The notes beneath the pieces were generated by a model. That model saw nothing but the letters and a program-made list of their open reading frames with translations. It had not been told where the DNA came from and ran no database searches. Shown here one piece after another: positions 61,152-64,000 of a stretch of 64,000 bases of DNA (position 1 is the stretch's first letter; every line of letters starts with the position of its first letter). The stretch is taken from assembly GCF_036321535.1 (NCBI RefSeq), contig NC_087436.1, positions 90,956,001-91,020,000 on the forward strand. Reading direction: 5' to 3'. Made by a program: the position numbers and the translations under genes. Source of the stretch: Camelus dromedarius (lineage: Eukaryota).

Positions 61152-61654
61152 TGAGGGGGAGCAGACTGTGACCCCCAAATATGTCACTGTGGCATGTGAA
61201 TTATTTTCAGCTGAAGGCAACCAAGACCCAACAAACTCAAAACAATTTTACTTCTCCCTTAACTGCCTAAAAGAATTTAGACAGGTTGCCTGACCCAGAA
61301 AGAGTTATTTCCAGAGCTAACTTTTTATTCAAAAGACCTATCTTAATGGCAGGGCAAATATCTAATTACCAAACATCTGCTCCTGTGATTGCCCTGTGAA
61401 TGACCCTCCTCCCCTCTGAATCTCCAGACTCCTGCCCCATTCCTTAGCTCAAGATGGCACAGTCAACTGCTTGACTTATTCTTGGGTCTCATATTTTTGA
61501 GTCTTCTATAATATGAAATTAAATTTGTTTTCTCCTGTTTATCTATCTTATGTCAAATACATTTCCTGTCAATTGACTATCTTAGGGTCAAATTTAATTA
61601 TTTGGCCAGCCAAAGAACCTAGAAGGGAAGAAGAGAACTTCTTTTCTCTCCTAC
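61152..61654 (+). mobile_element. MER34-like ERV1 solo LTR
   Basis: CCCCAAATATGTCACTGTGGCATGTGAATTATTTTCAGCTGAAGGCAA start; ends CAAAGAACCTAGAAGG...CCTACA. Confidence 0.75.
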
Positions 61655-62714
61655 AGCGGGTGTTGATCATTGTAATAAACAAGACAACCAAGGCTGCAGC
61701 CCTAATATGAATTACATTGGGAGTGGGGGGAAAATAGACAACAAACAAGTAAACAATAAATAAACAAGACAACTACAGAAATATGAGAAGAGTGCTAAGG
61801 AGGAATGTGTAGAAAAGAATGCAGGACTGTGATAAATGTTAGACTTCTGTACTTTTTAACTCATTAATGAACCTGTTAATGAAGCATGGAGTCTTCTTAA
61901 GTTCTTGCTCTTTCTGTTTGGACTAAGATGATCTTACTGGCTCTTTGTTTAAGGGAGGTGAAGCTAGGATTCTGCTTATTGTAATTGCAGTGATTTCTCT
62001 ATGACATCATCCTATTTCTTAGAGGTACTTTTACATTATGGATTAAATTTCTACCTTTTAGAAAGTGCTTTATTTTTTTAAAAAAAGTTATAGGTGAAAA
62101 TTGCTCTTAACTCCGGATTTAGGTTCATATTTTTTTTGTGCATAAAAACCCCAAAAATCTTGATTTCTTTACTATGAAAAATTATAACATCTGTATAAAA
62201 AGCCACAAAACAAAATACTAAATATTTCATAACAGCAAGAAATAAAAATAAATTCTATTTATTAGTTCCCAATGGCAGAATTATGAAATACATAAGAATT
62301 AATGTAAAAATAAATATAGATAACCACTATGAAAATAATTATAAAATATTAGAGGCAATTTTTAAGAAGATTAGATATGTAGACAGATAATAGTGTATCT
62401 TGGGATGAGAAAACTGGACTTTGCAAAAGAACCTCCTCAAAATAAATATATAGGGTTAACATAATTCCAATTAAAATTCTAGGAGTATTTTTCTTGAAGC
62501 TGGCAAAGTGATTTTAAGGTTAATCTGAAAAAATAAACAAATGCGTAACTGAAAATTTAAAGCGATCTAAAAATATACTACAACAGGCAGTGAGTGAAGT
62601 CAACTATTTTTCATCTCTATGGTTGAATATTAGGTAGCTATATGAAAATATCTTGGAAGAATGATAACATGAGAAAATGCATGTGTTAAATTTCTGTAAT
62701 TTTGATATTTCCTG

Positions 62715-62915
62715 AAGACTTACTATGGGTTGACCTAGATGCTTTATATTATTAACTCACTCAGTCCTCACAATAACTCTATGAAGCACTCTTATCACAC
62801 CTCTGTTTTACATATGAAGCTACTGAATTACAGACTGACTAAATTACTTGCCCAATACTCAGCCAATAACCAGGATCTGAATCAGGAGAGCCTGATTCCA
62901 GTGCTCACAACTACA
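62715..62915 (-). mobile_element. MIR
   Basis: CCTCACAATAACTCTATGA...TTTTACATATGAAG...ACTTGCCCAA. Confidence 0.65.
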
Positions 62916-63877
62916 GCATAACCCTGCCTGTTACTGAGCAAAAACCTTACTGCATCTTTCCATGGCCATGAATGTGTCTACCACTTTCTCTACTCAGATT
63001 AGCCCTTTTCCCTAGACAAAACCAGGGCTTTACCTGCCAGGAAAAAAACAGCACAATAATAATAAACAGGAAGAATCCAGAGTGGCTCACAGGGCTAAAG
63101 CAGCATGTACATGATAAAGTGGTCTGTTTCTGATCTCTGGTTGAAATAAGCTATGCAGATTGGCTAGCATTTGAATAGAAAAATCTCACAAAATATAGGT
63201 CCCTTTCCTCCTTCCAAGTAGTGTTTGCATTATATGGGTTTGTATGGAATGGAGGCATTTTCCTTGGTTAATAAACGAGGGTATCTGTTTGGGGCCAGTA
63301 GGACGTGTTACAGAACAAATTATAAGGGGAAAGAAGCACATTTAGGGCAAACAACTAGAAATACATCTTTTGGTTGAATAGACCCTAGCAAATATTTCAC
63401 TTTCCCTTTTACTCAAATGCTTTCAACTTCTTTTATCTGACAATGTAACATTTTTTCAGTTTTCTGTTTTTACTGGTTGGATGAAAGTTATAGATTATGT
63501 GTAGCAAGTAAATGGCACATTTTTGAAATCAAGAGATGGCCTTCATTTCTACTGGAATGAATGGGGACATGTGCTGAAAATAAAAGCCCTGAACTACTCA
63601 GACTCAAGTGCCCCAGTTCACAACAGTTTAACTGGGGCAGTGGCCTTTGCAACATTTGATGACAGATGCTTGTCTACTCTGCTCTGATTCCCAGTGAAGC
63701 ATGCCAACTGTAAGGCCACATTGACGATCTCCTGTTCCACTTTTTCTTAGAGTGCTGTAGCTTCTGTTCTGTTTTTCAGTGACACAATCAAGGATCTGTA
63801 GCTTTTCAAGTAGGTTTTCATTTCTGAGTGGAAGTCTGGAATGATTTTAAATGAGTGTTCTGGGACCCAAATTTCCA

Positions 63878-64000
63878 TGTGTGGAAGGAGGGGTCATTTC
63901 CCACACCACCTACAAGCAATTCTTGGACACATGCAGGAAGTTTGATGATTCAACTCAATTCCATAACTATCTACCCAGAGACAGCATCAGATATCACAGG
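63878..64000. mobile_element. MER21-like LTR, truncated by the window end
   Basis: CAAGCAATTCTTGG...CCCAGAGACAGCATCAGATATCACAGG parallels 33258-33342. Confidence 0.7.

Overview
Mammalian genomic DNA, most likely camelid, inferred from a tRNA-derived SINE of camelid type and cetartiodactyl-type L1 3' ends. Two divergently oriented genes are present. GUF1 (mitochondrial EF4/LepA) lies on the minus strand: 17 coding exons from 22315 down to 1374, all GT-AG, summing to 2010 nt (669 aa + stop), and intact. YIPF7 (Yip1-domain protein) lies on the plus strand: a non-coding first exon ending at 34644 and five coding exons spanning 36116-58419. A CpG island promoter sits at about 21960-22620. The rest is AT-rich intron and intergenic DNA with MIR, L2, L1, LTR and DNA-transposon relics. 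Most notable observations: (1) an in-frame TAG at YIPF7 codon 45 (43494-43496) in an otherwise intact ORF, where the same base also completes a consensus GTGAGT donor whose use would be in-frame; (2) a head-to-head fusion of the 5' 39 nt of 5S rRNA to a tail-less L1 3' fragment at 30060-30238; (3) candidate poison/micro-exons and a uORF in GUF1. I found no evidence for a wholly new biological system. Gene and repeat names come from my recall of the sequences, not from database searches, and repeat boundaries are approximate.
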